Shown here piece by piece: positions 1-10,265 of a stretch of DNA of 64,000 nucleotides. A model generated the notes under the pieces. It was not told where the DNA came from. It did not search any database and saw only the letters and a list, made by a program, of their open reading frames with translations. Made by a program: the position numbers and the translations under genes. The DNA lies in assembly GCA_001824255.1 (NCBI GenBank), contig MHWQ01000002.1, positions 393,572-457,571 on the forward strand, written 5' to 3'. This DNA comes from Candidatus Zambryskibacteria bacterium RIFCSPLOWO2_02_FULL_51_21. Its GTDB lineage: Bacteria; Patescibacteriota; Minisyncoccia; Phycocordibacterales; Zambryskibacteraceae. Position 1 is the stretch's first letter; every line of letters begins with the position of its first letter.

Positions 1-292
1 CGTAACAAGCCTGTACTCCAGGAAGATAAGACCCCAAATGCCATACAGACGGTATTCCAGCCATGTAATTCGAGTACTCAAAAGTGGAGTACGGCGAATA
101 GGTGATAAAACCAGACACAATCGCGGGCCCACCGAGGAAAAGGGGGGTAAACCACACCGCCAAATTGCCAGAGCAAGTGCACGGCACGCTAAAGGTGGAG
201 AGTCCTCCGAACGGCATTGTTACCGCTTTTGCGGAAGAAATCGGGAATAAAAGGAGGAGGAAGAACAAGAGAGACAAGGAAGCTGCTTTCAT
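1..292 (-). CDS. Secreted Cys-containing hypothetical protein, partial (runs off left edge); not in the ORF track
   Basis: Manual translation from ATG at 292: MKAASLSLLFFLLLLFPISSAKAVTMPFGG...PCTCSG...HLGSYLPGVQACY; signal peptide with AKA cleavage site; open to window edge. Confidence 0.7.
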   Translation of the reverse strand, partial: MKAASLSLLFFLLLLFPISSAKAVTMPFGGLSTFSVPCTCSGNLAVWFTPLFLGGPAIVSGFITYSPYSTFEYSNYMAGIPSVWHLGSYLPGVQACY

Positions 293-337
293 ATTCCTAT
301 TATACACAATAAACCCCGTATTTATCTGATACAATTA

Positions 338-1114
338 ATGATTATGAGAGCTAAAATATTATCTGCTCTTTTTCTCTCCTTGATTATGATAGGGGCGGCA
401 TTTTGGTCCAGATTTTTCGACAACAAACCGGCCGCCGGTCTCGCCACTGTTTCAAGTCCAAGCATCACACCAATGAACGATGAGGCTTTTTTGAGTGCCA
501 ATTTCACCGACTCGAGCAGCACTCCGCTCTCGACTACGGATATGCTGTCCAGACAACTTTTTTCCGATTATGCCGACCTTAAGTCCAAAGGCGAAACTTC
601 TTCCGAAAATCTCAATTATCTGGCGGAAAGATATGCGGAAGGCATTATGAACATCAGACCGGCTGCCTCAAAGGTCACTGCCATCGAACAGCTTACGATT
701 ATTCCGGATTCGGCAGAAAACACTTTCAACTACGGCAAGAGTATGATTGCCGCCCGCAGCAAATATGCCGCCTTGGCCAAAGAGGAGAGCGAAGGCGCGG
801 GCGATCTGAATCAAGAAGGTTTCGGCGACTTCATCACGCGAGCCGGAAATTTATACCTCGCTTCGGCGAATGAGCTGTTGAAAATAAAAGTACCCGCATC
901 ACTCGCTAGAAATCACCTGGAGATTATCAATGACTATTTCCAAACCGCCGAAGCCATGAGAACCATCGCGGAATCTTCCGACGACCCGGTAAAAATTTAT
1001 GCCGCCATCCAGACGCAAATCCGGAATGCAAAAAAAGAAGATGAATTGTTCTTAAACATCCAAATCGCCATGTCAGCCGGTGGTATAATTTGGTCAGGCA
1101 ACCTGAATCAATGA
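338..1114 (+). CDS. Hypothetical protein, N-terminal membrane anchor, helical extracellular domain
   Basis: 258-aa ORF, hydrophobic N-terminus; stop overlaps next start (ATGA). Confidence 0.7.
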   Translation: MIMRAKILSALFLSLIMIGAAFWSRFFDNKPAAGLATVSSPSITPMNDEAFLSANFTDSSSTPLSTTDMLSRQLFSDYADLKSKGETSSENLNYLAERYAEGIMNIRPAASKVTAIEQLTIIPDSAENTFNYGKSMIAARSKYAALAKEESEGAGDLNQEGFGDFITRAGNLYLASANELLKIKVPASLARNHLEIINDYFQTAEAMRTIAESSDDPVKIYAAIQTQIRNAKKEDELFLNIQIAMSAGGIIWSGNLNQ

Positions 1115-3669
1115 GTTATAAAAAATTTACAGTCCTTATTCTCGCCCTCTCGATATCTTTTCTATCTTTTGCTCCGGTAGTCCGGGCCCAAACCGCGGTA
1201 CCGGTAAGCGACAGCGCCATAAGACAGAAGGAGGTCGGCATTACCGTATTTGGCGTTACCGTTCCCGGCCTAAGTTGGGACTCCATCGCGCTAACGATAG
1301 CAAAATCTACGATTAGCAGGCTCGTAAATTCCACAGTCAAATGGATTAACAACGGCTTCGACGGCAACCCGGCCTACGTAAACAATCCCAAACAATATTT
1401 TACGGATATCGCCGATGGAGAAGCGGGGGAGTTTATCAGAGGAAGCGAGCTCGGCTTGCTCTGTTCGCCATTTCAGGCCAATATCCGGCTTTCTTTGATG
1501 CAGGAATATTACGAGCCCCTGCCTTATCAATGCACCTTGAGCGAAGTTACAAGTAATATTGAAGGATTCTTTGACGATTTCTCGCAAGGTGGCTGGGATG
1601 CATGGTTCTCGATGACGCAGAACCCGACCAATAATCCTTACGGAGCATATCTCAAGGCGAGAATTGACATGGATAGTCGCATCGCAAACGCAATCGGACT
1701 CAAAAATCAGCAATTAGATCGAGGCAGGGGCTTTCTCTCGTTTGAAAAATGCCCATCAGGTTCCTTCGAGGGTACCGATGAGGAGCTCAATAAAGGATGC
1801 TTCAAGACCGGCACTTGGGAAAAGGTGGATGCGACAGTGGTTACGCCGGGAAGCGTGATAGAAACCCAGCTTTCCACCGTATTGGGTACCGGCATAAGAC
1901 AGCTCGAGCTCGCGGACGAGTTCGATGAAATCGTGGGCGCTTTAGTAACCCAATTACTTCAAAAAGTTCTCGGCGGCGGCGGGCTGGCAAGCGGAGCAGG
2001 TACGGGTGATACAGAAAGACCCCCGGGTCAGGAAAGAAGGCCTGTGCCAGTTGATATTGATGGCGACGGCATCATTGACGGCACGGATACTGATGGGAAT
2101 GGGAGCCCTGATATATGTCTCTTCGGCGGTGAAAACGATACGATAGGCCCACCATGTTTAGGCTCGGGAGAATTTGGACCACCGGAAGGCGGTGGAGGAG
2201 GTGACACTTGCTCCGTGAGCGGCCAGCAATACGAAGGCGTGTTAAGGGACGCCGAAGCGCAGGTGGCAAGCGTCAATCCCGAAGTGGCGAGCTTGCTCAA
2301 TCTTGAAGACGCCAATGGCTACAAGGCCAATAGTAAAAGGTTCTTGGATGTGGTAGTGCAAATTCTCGAGGGCCAGGGCTACAATGCCACCACCGATGTT
2401 CTGAACGGACACAATAATCCAAATACGGGCGACGCCATCGCCATCTGGAGAGACGGCGATAGCAATATGGAGCGCTACGACGCCATGCTTGGAGGGAACG
2501 GCAAACCGGTGTCCCAATCGGCTATTGCCGAATTCACGGGCTTCGTGCCTCTGGGCTGCACCACTTCCGGCGGGAGCAAGGAGTGCGGCTGCGACAACGG
2601 TTTGAATAATCCAAGCCCGAGCCCGTCGCCTTCGCCATCTCCCACACCCGCGCCAGTGCCGGGCGGAGCAAGCATTTCTTCCGTCACGCCAAATGTCGCC
2701 CAAGCCGGAGTGACGACCATTACCATCACCGGCACGAATCTCACTAATCAAGTCTCCTTCTATGACGGTACTGGGGCACGCAATACTGTTGTCGGCACCG
2801 TCAACTCCGCCGGAACTCAAACCACGGTCCTTGTCCCGGGCGATTTGCCTATTGGCAATGCCACGGTCAAGATTTACCAAGGCAATCAAGTCTGGTCGAA
2901 CGGCATCTTGATACAAATCAGTAGCCAGGCGGCGCCGGTAACCACCATTCCCACGACGGGGAGTATTGACCTCGGAGCCGGGACCTTCCCGGATACCGCA
3001 TACTTCAACAACAGAATCTATGTCGCTGTCCAGCAGAATGACAAACTTAATCTCTATAACTTCGACAAGAATCTCTCTGACCAGAAAGTAACCGTGATTC
3101 CGTTCTCCGTTGGCCAGGCTTTCCCGCGGCTTATGGTCTGGAATAATATCCTGTGGCTTGCTTTCAGAAATGGCGATAACTCAAGTGGCATAGCGGAATC
3201 AATCAAACTCTGGAGAAGCGACACGCAGGCGATAGAGGAGATTGCCGGCGGCTATGGCAACGACCCGGTCGCTCTCGGCCAGGGTTACATCGCCTGGCAA
3301 ACATTTACAGAACTTAAAATCAAGAGGAGACCTGTTTCCGGCGGAACAATTACGACGCTTGGCAACGCGCTCCCTACCGGTCTCTCGAGAATCTTAGCTG
3401 GTGGAAGCGTCATTTCCATAGACCAGGATAGAAACGCGGTGACATGGGGTTTGCGAGCCTGGTTCGCCGGCGACCTCACAGTGGCCGAAGATATCACTCC
3501 CCATGATGATAATGGGGCGGTCGGAAGATTCAATAATGATTCTTCGACCGAATTCAATCTCTGGGCGGGCCAGAGAACGCATACGCCACACGCGGCAACT
3601 GATGGGCTAGGCAATTACGTAGTCGCGACCTGGGACCCGACGGTGAGGGTGGCCACATTCAAGAAATGA
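1111..3669 (+). CDS. Large secreted multidomain surface protein (Ca-binding DxDxDG repeats, Pro/Ser linker, Ig/IPT-like domain, C-terminal beta-rich region)
   Basis: Signal peptide ending VRA-Q; DIDGDGIIDGTDTDGNG; (PS)n linker; ISSVTP...ITITGTNL IPT signature; start moved to ATG 1111 because of ATGA coupling. Confidence 0.7.
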   Translation: MSYKKFTVLILALSISFLSFAPVVRAQTAVPVSDSAIRQKEVGITVFGVTVPGLSWDSIALTIAKSTISRLVNSTVKWINNGFDGNPAYVNNPKQYFTDIADGEAGEFIRGSELGLLCSPFQANIRLSLMQEYYEPLPYQCTLSEVTSNIEGFFDDFSQGGWDAWFSMTQNPTNNPYGAYLKARIDMDSRIANAIGLKNQQLDRGRGFLSFEKCPSGSFEGTDEELNKGCFKTGTWEKVDATVVTPGSVIETQLSTVLGTGIRQLELADEFDEIVGALVTQLLQKVLGGGGLASGAGTGDTERPPGQERRPVPVDIDGDGIIDGTDTDGNGSPDICLFGGENDTIGPPCLGSGEFGPPEGGGGGDTCSVSGQQYEGVLRDAEAQVASVNPEVASLLNLEDANGYKANSKRFLDVVVQILEGQGYNATTDVLNGHNNPNTGDAIAIWRDGDSNMERYDAMLGGNGKPVSQSAIAEFTGFVPLGCTTSGGSKECGCDNGLNNPSPSPSPSPSPTPAPVPGGASISSVTPNVAQAGVTTITITGTNLTNQVSFYDGTGARNTVVGTVNSAGTQTTVLVPGDLPIGNATVKIYQGNQVWSNGILIQISSQAAPVTTIPTTGSIDLGAGTFPDTAYFNNRIYVAVQQNDKLNLYNFDKNLSDQKVTVIPFSVGQAFPRLMVWNNILWLAFRNGDNSSGIAESIKLWRSDTQAIEEIAGGYGNDPVALGQGYIAWQTFTELKIKRRPVSGGTITTLGNALPTGLSRILAGGSVISIDQDRNAVTWGLRAWFAGDLTVAEDITPHDDNGAVGRFNNDSSTEFNLWAGQRTHTPHAATDGLGNYVVATWDPTVRVATFKK

Positions 3670-5786
3670 ATCCTTACTTCAAAAAATTAACAGTTTTCCT
3701 TCTTGTACTTAGCTTTGTGTTCGGAGTGAGTGGAATCGTATCTTCTAAAAAAGCTTCCGCTATTAATACGGTTGAGCAGTGCATGGCGGAAATGCTCGCC
3801 GCGGCCAAACAAGCTGGAAAGAATATGACGGAAGATGAGGCTAGGGCAAATTGTCAGAAACTAATCGATGACGCCGTAAAACAAGCAGGCGGAGGAGGAT
3901 CTTTGTTTGATCTTCTCCAGCCCGCGGAATGGGTTGCTAAGGCCGCCGGGGCACTGGCTTCCGGAATACTGCTGCCCTTGGCCGGCTGGCTTACCTGGTT
4001 TAGCGGCATGCTCCTCAACTATGTAATCAAATACACAGTCGTGGACATGAAAGCCAACCTGGACGTTGATGCAGTAAATAATATATGGAAAACAATTCGT
4101 GACCTTGGCAACATGGGGTTCATCTTCGTTCTTCTCTACGCCGCTATTCAAACCATATTGGGTATTGGTAAAAATACTAAAGATTTGATTGTGCGAGTAG
4201 TGGTAGTAGCGATTTTAATAAACTTCAGCTTATTCTTTACGAAATTTGTCATAGACATTGCTAATGTCTTGGCCATTACTCTATATGACGCGGCCGCGCA
4301 CGGGGCATTGGCTGATAATCTCAATAGCGGCCTGGCTAATAGTCTTATGGAGCCGTTGGGGCTCCAATCGATTTGGAACGCCCAAGGAAGCTTAACCGGT
4401 TACACACTTCTCATAGCAGGCGTCATGGGCACGGTTGTGTCTCTTATAGCGGCATTCGTCTTCTTCGCCATCTCCATACTCTTCGTCATCAGATTCGTGG
4501 TTCTCCTCTTCGTACTGGCGCTTTCGCCAATCGCGTTCCTATCATTTGTCCTGCCGGAACTCAAGAAGTACCGCGACCAATGGTGGGGAGCGCTCTCCGG
4601 ACAAGCATTCTTCGCTCCGATTTATTTCCTGCTTACCTGGATTGTCATAGCCATCGCAAGAGGCATCCTAATGCCGCTTAGACCCGGCAGTATGGCAGAC
4701 GTTATCGCGGCGCAAGCGGGAAAGAGTGTGCCTGACCCGAGTTCGGTGGGAATCTTCGTGAACTACGCGATGGTCATAACTCTGCTGATTGCCTCTCTCG
4801 TCATCGCCAAGGAATGGGCCAACAAAGCCGGCGGCGGCATCAACAAACTCACAGGGTGGGCAACTGGCTTCGCCGGGGGAGCGACACTGGGGGCCGCTGG
4901 CAGATTTGGGAGAGGCACTGTGGGTAGAGCAGGTAGTTTATTAACTGAAAACGAGTGGCTTAAAGAAAAGGCGCCGACAAGCAGGATGGCTCGCCTGGCA
5001 CTTGCTACGGGCAAGAAGACTGCTGGGGCAAGCTTCGACCTGCGTGGAACCGGTTTGAGTTCTCAACTGGATGCCGGTAAGGCACAGAAAGGTGGATTTG
5101 CCGCAGATCTTAAGAAAAAAGTTGATACTGAAAAGAAATATGCGGATGAAACCTTCAAGCCATCGGAGTTAATGGTTGCTCAAGCGGAACGAGACCTTGG
5201 CCAAGCCAAAAAGACTGGCACGCCAGCGGACATAGCGGCAGCACAAGCAAAACTGGACAAAATCAATGGAGCCAGCGAAGATACGCTCCGTCAAAGAAAG
5301 ATTAAAGAACTCCGCGCCACAGGAAAGAGTAAAAAGGAGGCAAGAATTCTAGTGGATGAGCAAGAAGATAAATATTTGCAGGAAGTTAACAGACTTACTA
5401 CCAGCGGTATGGGTCAAGAGGACGCCGAGAAAGATGCCCAGAGCAGGGGCTTCGTAACTTTCAAAGCAATCGAGGGTCTGACTAATACCAGAAAAGGAGC
5501 TTACGCCAAGACTGTCGAGGAACAGAAGGTAAAGATACCATTCACACAAAAAGCTATTCCATTTGCTATCACCGGCCGACTCGGAATGTTTGGCCCCGTG
5601 AAGAAAGAAAACAAACTGGCTGCAAATGCCATTAGAAAAAGTATGAAAGAAAAGAAGCCTGGAGAAAAAATTGCAGAGGAGATAGAGAAGCAAGCCAGAG
5701 AATCAAGTGATGAGTCTGGGGCAACGCCCACACCCCCCACCACACCAACAACTCCTCCACCAGCCGCAGGCCCAACAACACCATGA
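3666..5786 (+). CDS. VirB6/TrbL-like polytopic membrane protein of T4SS-like cluster
   Basis: Many TM segments, W..IRDL.N..F and LINFSLF...VID..N motifs, Gly/Ala-rich then charged C-terminal tail; next to PrgI and VirB4-like genes. Confidence 0.7.
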   Translation: MNPYFKKLTVFLLVLSFVFGVSGIVSSKKASAINTVEQCMAEMLAAAKQAGKNMTEDEARANCQKLIDDAVKQAGGGGSLFDLLQPAEWVAKAAGALASGILLPLAGWLTWFSGMLLNYVIKYTVVDMKANLDVDAVNNIWKTIRDLGNMGFIFVLLYAAIQTILGIGKNTKDLIVRVVVVAILINFSLFFTKFVIDIANVLAITLYDAAAHGALADNLNSGLANSLMEPLGLQSIWNAQGSLTGYTLLIAGVMGTVVSLIAAFVFFAISILFVIRFVVLLFVLALSPIAFLSFVLPELKKYRDQWWGALSGQAFFAPIYFLLTWIVIAIARGILMPLRPGSMADVIAAQAGKSVPDPSSVGIFVNYAMVITLLIASLVIAKEWANKAGGGINKLTGWATGFAGGATLGAAGRFGRGTVGRAGSLLTENEWLKEKAPTSRMARLALATGKKTAGASFDLRGTGLSSQLDAGKAQKGGFAADLKKKVDTEKKYADETFKPSELMVAQAERDLGQAKKTGTPADIAAAQAKLDKINGASEDTLRQRKIKELRATGKSKKEARILVDEQEDKYLQEVNRLTTSGMGQEDAEKDAQSRGFVTFKAIEGLTNTRKGAYAKTVEEQKVKIPFTQKAIPFAITGRLGMFGPVKKENKLAANAIRKSMKEKKPGEKIAEEIEKQARESSDESGATPTPPTTPTTPPPAAGPTTP

Positions 5787-6319
5787 ACGAGCAAGATAAA
5801 TTAATTCAAGAACAGTTCCAAAAGCTCCCGCTAGCGCTGCAGAAGGCGCTCGGAGAGATTCCGTGGAAATCTTTAGTCAATGAAATTGCGCGGCTGCACA
5901 ATTTGAAGCCGGAACAGGTGGAGAGCATCGAGACAGAGACGATGTTTATCCTCTACGGCTTCGAGAGTCCGGACGATTACGTCTCCAATATGGTCCGCGA
6001 AACTGGTATTGCCGAAGATTTGGCGTATGTCATCGCAAACGAAGTAAACGAGAAAATTTTCAAGCCTGTTTCTGTGAAAGTTGAGGAGGCAGGCAAACAA
6101 CAACCAACCTCAACTTCCATTCCCGAACTCAAACCAGAGAATCTGCCGATGGTTGAGAAAGGGGAGATGGTACATGAGGTGCCACACGTAGAAGCACCAA
6201 ATCCCAAATCACAAATTCCAAACAATATCGAAATTCCAAAAGAAGAAAAACCTCCTATCCAACCAGCTAAAAGCGCTTATGTGGGCAGCCAGGACCCTTA
6301 TAGAGAACCACTATCATGA
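5783..6319 (+). CDS. Hypothetical protein (helical N-domain, Pro-rich tail ending DPYREP)
   Basis: 178-aa ORF translationally coupled on both sides. Confidence 0.7.
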   Translation: MNEQDKLIQEQFQKLPLALQKALGEIPWKSLVNEIARLHNLKPEQVESIETETMFILYGFESPDDYVSNMVRETGIAEDLAYVIANEVNEKIFKPVSVKVEEAGKQQPTSTSIPELKPENLPMVEKGEMVHEVPHVEAPNPKSQIPNNIEIPKEEKPPIQPAKSAYVGSQDPYREPLS

Positions 6320-6750
6320 GATTCCAAGTACCACAATTTATCGAGGTTGAGGATAAGATTTTCGGGCCTTTGACCTTCAAGCAGTTCGTCTATGTGGCGG
6401 GCGGGGGAGGCATCATCGTCATTTTCTTCGTCCTCCTGCCCAAGTTCATAGCCATCCTTCTCGCTTTACCGATAGCGGCCTTCGCCGGCGCGCTTGCCTT
6501 CTATAAAGTGAACGACAAGCCCTTCATCAATTTCGTCGAATCGTTCTTCAATTATTCGCTAAAGAGCAAGCTTTATATCTGGAAGAAGGAGGATAAGAAG
6601 CCCGAAGCGGGAACCGCCTCCGCTCCGGGCCAGATTGAGCAGGTTCACGTGCCGAAATTGTCCGAATCGAAGCTCCGCGAGCTTACTTGGTCACTTGATA
6701 TAAAGGAAAATAGGAATCCGGTCACGAACGAGCCGGAAAATAAGTTATAA
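6316..6750 (+). CDS. PrgI-family (VirB3-like) membrane protein
   Basis: FQVPQFIEVEDKIFGPLTFKQF motif and two TM helices. Confidence 0.85.
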   Translation: MRFQVPQFIEVEDKIFGPLTFKQFVYVAGGGGIIVIFFVLLPKFIAILLALPIAAFAGALAFYKVNDKPFINFVESFFNYSLKSKLYIWKKEDKKPEAGTASAPGQIEQVHVPKLSESKLRELTWSLDIKENRNPVTNEPENKL

Positions 6751-6757
6751 TTAGAGA

Positions 6758-7402
6758 ATGGCTGCCTCTTCCAATGCAACTCAGGAGTTCGTGCCCATCA
6801 AGGAGGTGCGCGACGGCATCGTCATTTTGAAGGATGGCGGCATGCGCGCCATACTCCTCTGTTCCTCGCTTAACTTCTCGCTCAAAAGCGATGACGAAAG
6901 GAACGCCATCCTCCTGCAGTTCCAGGACTTCCTCAATTCACTCGACTTCTCGGTGGAAATATTGGTCCAGTCGAGGAAGCTCGACATCAGGCCATACCTG
7001 GCTCTCCTTGAAGAGCAGGAAACGAAGCAGACCAATAACCTTTTGAAGATTCAGGTCAGGGAATACATCCAGTTCGTGAAGAAGTTTACCGAGGACGCAA
7101 ATATCATGACCAAGCACTTCTTCATCGTCATACCCTACAGCCCGGCAATCATTTCCGCGGGAAGAGCTGGCAGCTTCATCACCAAACTCGGCGTTGGTGC
7201 GAGCGGCAGCCAGAGCAAGACCTCGGGCAATGGCAGCTTCGACGAGAATAGAAGCCAGCTTGAGGAGCGGATGTCAGTGGTCGAACAGGGTTTGGTGCGC
7301 ACGGGCATACGTGTGGCGCGGCTTGGCACGGAGGAAGTAATCGAACTTTTCTACAAGGCCTTCAACCCCGGCGAGACCGAGAAGCCGATTAAAATGAAAT
7401 AA
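6758..7402 (+). CDS. VirB4/TraC N-terminal-domain-like protein
   Basis: NFSLKSDDE...FQDFLNSLDF.VEILVQSR; immediately upstream of VirB4-like ATPase. Confidence 0.7.
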   Translation: MAASSNATQEFVPIKEVRDGIVILKDGGMRAILLCSSLNFSLKSDDERNAILLQFQDFLNSLDFSVEILVQSRKLDIRPYLALLEEQETKQTNNLLKIQVREYIQFVKKFTEDANIMTKHFFIVIPYSPAIISAGRAGSFITKLGVGASGSQSKTSGNGSFDENRSQLEERMSVVEQGLVRTGIRVARLGTEEVIELFYKAFNPGETEKPIKMK

Positions 7403-7403
7403 C

Positions 7404-9296
7404 ATGGGAATTTTTGATTCACTTTTTAAAAAGGAGGCAAAGCGAGAAGATATTTCCTCAATTTTACCTAAGGAAATCTTCGAAGCGGGCGCCCTGGAGC
7501 TCAAAGACATCATCGCTCCCTCAGCTCTGAAGGTCTCGCCCAAGGAAATAAACTTGGGCGAGAAAATCCTGCGCAGCTTCTTCGTCATCTCCTATCCGCG
7601 CTATCTCGCCGAGGGCTGGTTCTCGCCCATTATCAATATGGACAAGGTTTTCGACGTCTCGATCTTCGTCCACCCGATTGAAACCTCGAAAGTACTTCGC
7701 CAGTTCCAGAGGAAGGTGGCCGAAGTGCAGTCCCAGATTCACACCAGGGAAGAAAAGGGCCTGGTGCGCGACCCCATGCTCGATGTGGCCTATCAGGACC
7801 TCGAGAACTTGCGCGACCAGCTCCAGCAGGCGCAGGAGAAGCTTTTCGATGTCGGGCTATATATCACCATCTACGGCGACAGCGCCGACGAACTCGACAA
7901 GGTTGAGAGCGAGATTAAGTCAATACTTGAGGCCAAACTCATTTATGTGAAGCCGGCCCTCTTCCAGCAGGAAGAGGGCTACAAATCAACCCTGCCTTTA
8001 GGCAATGACGAACTGAACGTCCACTCCAAACTCAATTCTTCCCCGCTCTCCTCGCTGTTTCCATTCACCTCCTTCGACCTTACTTCGGACAAAGGCATTC
8101 TCTACGGCATAAACAGGCACAACTCTTCGCTTATTCTCTTCGACCGCTTCTCGCTTGAGAACTACAACTCGGTCACCTTCGCCAAGGCGGGCGCCGGCAA
8201 GTCCTACGCCACCAAGCTTGAGATTCTCCGCACGCTCATGTTTGATACTGAGGTTATCGTCATCGACCCGGAGAAAGAGTACGAGTACATGGCCGAGGCG
8301 ACAGGCGGGCGCTACTTCAACATTTCCCTCAATTCCGAACACCACATCAATCCCTTCGACCTGCCCGTGCCGGGACCGGACGAGAGCGCCGCAAACGTCT
8401 TGCGCTCCACCATCATCAACCTGGTGGGCCTCTTCCGCCTCATGATGGGCGGCCTCACCGCCGAGGAAGACGCCATCATCGACCGCGCCATTACCGAAAC
8501 GTATGCGCTCAAAGACATTACTGCCGATTCCGACTTTAGAAACATCGAGCCACCCTTGATGTCTGACTTCGAGCTGGTGCTCTCCGGCATGGAAGGAGGA
8601 GAATCTCTGGCCCAGCGTCTGTCCAAGTACACCAAGGGCACTTGGGCGGGCTTCATCAACAGGCCTTCAAATGTGGATATCAACAGAAAGTTCGTGGTCT
8701 TCTCGCTCCGCGACATGGAAGATGAGCTTAAGCCCATAGCCATGTACATCGTCACGCACTATATCTGGAACACCATCAGAAAAGAGCTTAAGAAGCGCCT
8801 GCTCGTAATCGACGAGGCCTGGTGGATGATGAAGTCCGACGACACCGCCTCTTTCCTCATGGGTCTCGTCAAGAGAGGTAGGAAATATTACCTGGGTGTT
8901 GCCACTGTTACTCAAGATGTAGGCGACTTCCTCAAATCGCCTTACGGCGTGCCTATCATCACCAACTCCTCAATCCAGATGCTTTTGAAGCAGTCACCAG
9001 CAACGATTGACGAACTGCAAAAAACTTTCAATCTTACCGACGAGGAGAAATATCTTCTTTTGGAATCAGATGTTGGAGAAGGAATCTTCTTCGCCGGACT
9101 CAAACATGTGGCTATAAAGAATATTGCTTCGTACACAGAGCATCAAATTATCACCTCCGACCCAGGTCAGATCCTGGCCATAAAGAAGGCAAAGCAAGAC
9201 GCGGCCGAAGACCAGGATGAAGCGCTCATGGCCCAGCGGGAGAAACTGAAGCAGGCCGCCTTAAATCCAAATGCCGGAGAAAAAGGGACTCAGTAG
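7404..9296 (+). CDS. VirB4-like ATPase (TraC/HerA-FtsK superfamily)
   Basis: Walker A AKAGAGKS, IDPEKEY, Walker B LLVIDEAW, RKY...TQ motifs. Confidence 0.9.
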   Translation: MGIFDSLFKKEAKREDISSILPKEIFEAGALELKDIIAPSALKVSPKEINLGEKILRSFFVISYPRYLAEGWFSPIINMDKVFDVSIFVHPIETSKVLRQFQRKVAEVQSQIHTREEKGLVRDPMLDVAYQDLENLRDQLQQAQEKLFDVGLYITIYGDSADELDKVESEIKSILEAKLIYVKPALFQQEEGYKSTLPLGNDELNVHSKLNSSPLSSLFPFTSFDLTSDKGILYGINRHNSSLILFDRFSLENYNSVTFAKAGAGKSYATKLEILRTLMFDTEVIVIDPEKEYEYMAEATGGRYFNISLNSEHHINPFDLPVPGPDESAANVLRSTIINLVGLFRLMMGGLTAEEDAIIDRAITETYALKDITADSDFRNIEPPLMSDFELVLSGMEGGESLAQRLSKYTKGTWAGFINRPSNVDINRKFVVFSLRDMEDELKPIAMYIVTHYIWNTIRKELKKRLLVIDEAWWMMKSDDTASFLMGLVKRGRKYYLGVATVTQDVGDFLKSPYGVPIITNSSIQMLLKQSPATIDELQKTFNLTDEEKYLLLESDVGEGIFFAGLKHVAIKNIASYTEHQIITSDPGQILAIKKAKQDAAEDQDEALMAQREKLKQAALNPNAGEKGTQ

Positions 9297-9597
9297 TGCA
9301 ACAATCGGTTTGATGACAGGCGTTGCCTTGTTTTATGACGTGCTTCAAATACTTTTTTCCTGGATGGGGCTCGGGTGGTTCATTATTCCCATTGCGTACG
9401 GCCATTTCTGGCTCTGGTTCAGAATGCGGGGATTGAAGTTTTTTACAACAAAGAGAGCCGTCTGGTTCGGCTTCGGCGTTCCGCTTGAAGCACTTACTGC
9501 CGGCATTTTCCCCAGTATAACCGGCAATGTCTTGCGGTCCGCGATGGATTATAAAATCGAGAAGACTCTCCCGACATCGGGTATAATAAAATCATGA
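9271..9597 (+). CDS. Small hydrophobic membrane protein
   Basis: 108 aa, mostly hydrophobic, inside the T4SS-like operon. Confidence 0.6.
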   Translation: MPEKKGLSSATIGLMTGVALFYDVLQILFSWMGLGWFIIPIAYGHFWLWFRMRGLKFFTTKRAVWFGFGVPLEALTAGIFPSITGNVLRSAMDYKIEKTLPTSGIIKS

Positions 9598-10265
9598 GAA
9601 AACTAGTCTTTCTGTTTTTTATCTACTTATTCTTTTCCACCCCAGCCCTTGCCCAGTCTGTTGATATTCTCTGGCAGGGAACGGGCTACATTCCGCCGTT
9701 TTACGAGGGCAAAATGCTTTGGGCCAAGCAGTCAGTCATTACTCTCGTGGCTATTCCGCAAGGATTGGGTAACCCCGCAAACCTTAATTACAAATGGACT
9801 CGTAACGGCACCGTGCTGGGCAACGTCTCCGGCATTGGCAAAAACTCTCTAACCTTCATGGACGCCGTTTTCTCCAAACCCTACACGATAAAGGTTGAGA
9901 TTGTTGACGGGAATGAAGAGACGCGCGCGGAAGCGACACAGGTCATCGCGGCAAGAGACCCCCTGCTACTGGTCTATGAGAATCACCCCTTGTACGGATA
10001 TCTTTTCAATAAAGAGATTGGGGGTGTCTTCAAAATGAACAAGGAGGAGGCCACCTTCACCGCCTTCCCCTTATTCGCACAGCAAAGAGCGGGGGCTTAT
10101 TCCTGGCGGGCCAATAGCGGAGAGCCTTCCGGCGGCAACACTGTCACTTACCGCGCGCCGGAAGGGGCGAGCGGCGTCTCCAGGGTAAACGTAAGTTTCT
10201 CTGATGGCAACGCGATAATGAGGCCTATCGAGCGCAGTTTCTTGATACAATTTGGCAATGAATAA
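9594..10265 (+). CDS. Secreted protein with Ig-like beta domains
   Basis: Signal peptide ALA-Q; YKWTRNG and YSWRANS beta-strand motifs. Confidence 0.65.
   Translation: MRKLVFLFFIYLFFSTPALAQSVDILWQGTGYIPPFYEGKMLWAKQSVITLVAIPQGLGNPANLNYKWTRNGTVLGNVSGIGKNSLTFMDAVFSKPYTIKVEIVDGNEETRAEATQVIAARDPLLLVYENHPLYGYLFNKEIGGVFKMNKEEATFTAFPLFAQQRAGAYSWRANSGEPSGGNTVTYRAPEGASGVSRVNVSFSDGNAIMRPIERSFLIQFGNE

Noticed and set aside
2608-2660. Repeat encoding PSPSPSPSPTPAP, and the Pro/Thr tail at 5724-5783
   Set aside because: Codon-level low-complexity linkers with varied synonymous codons, not DNA elements
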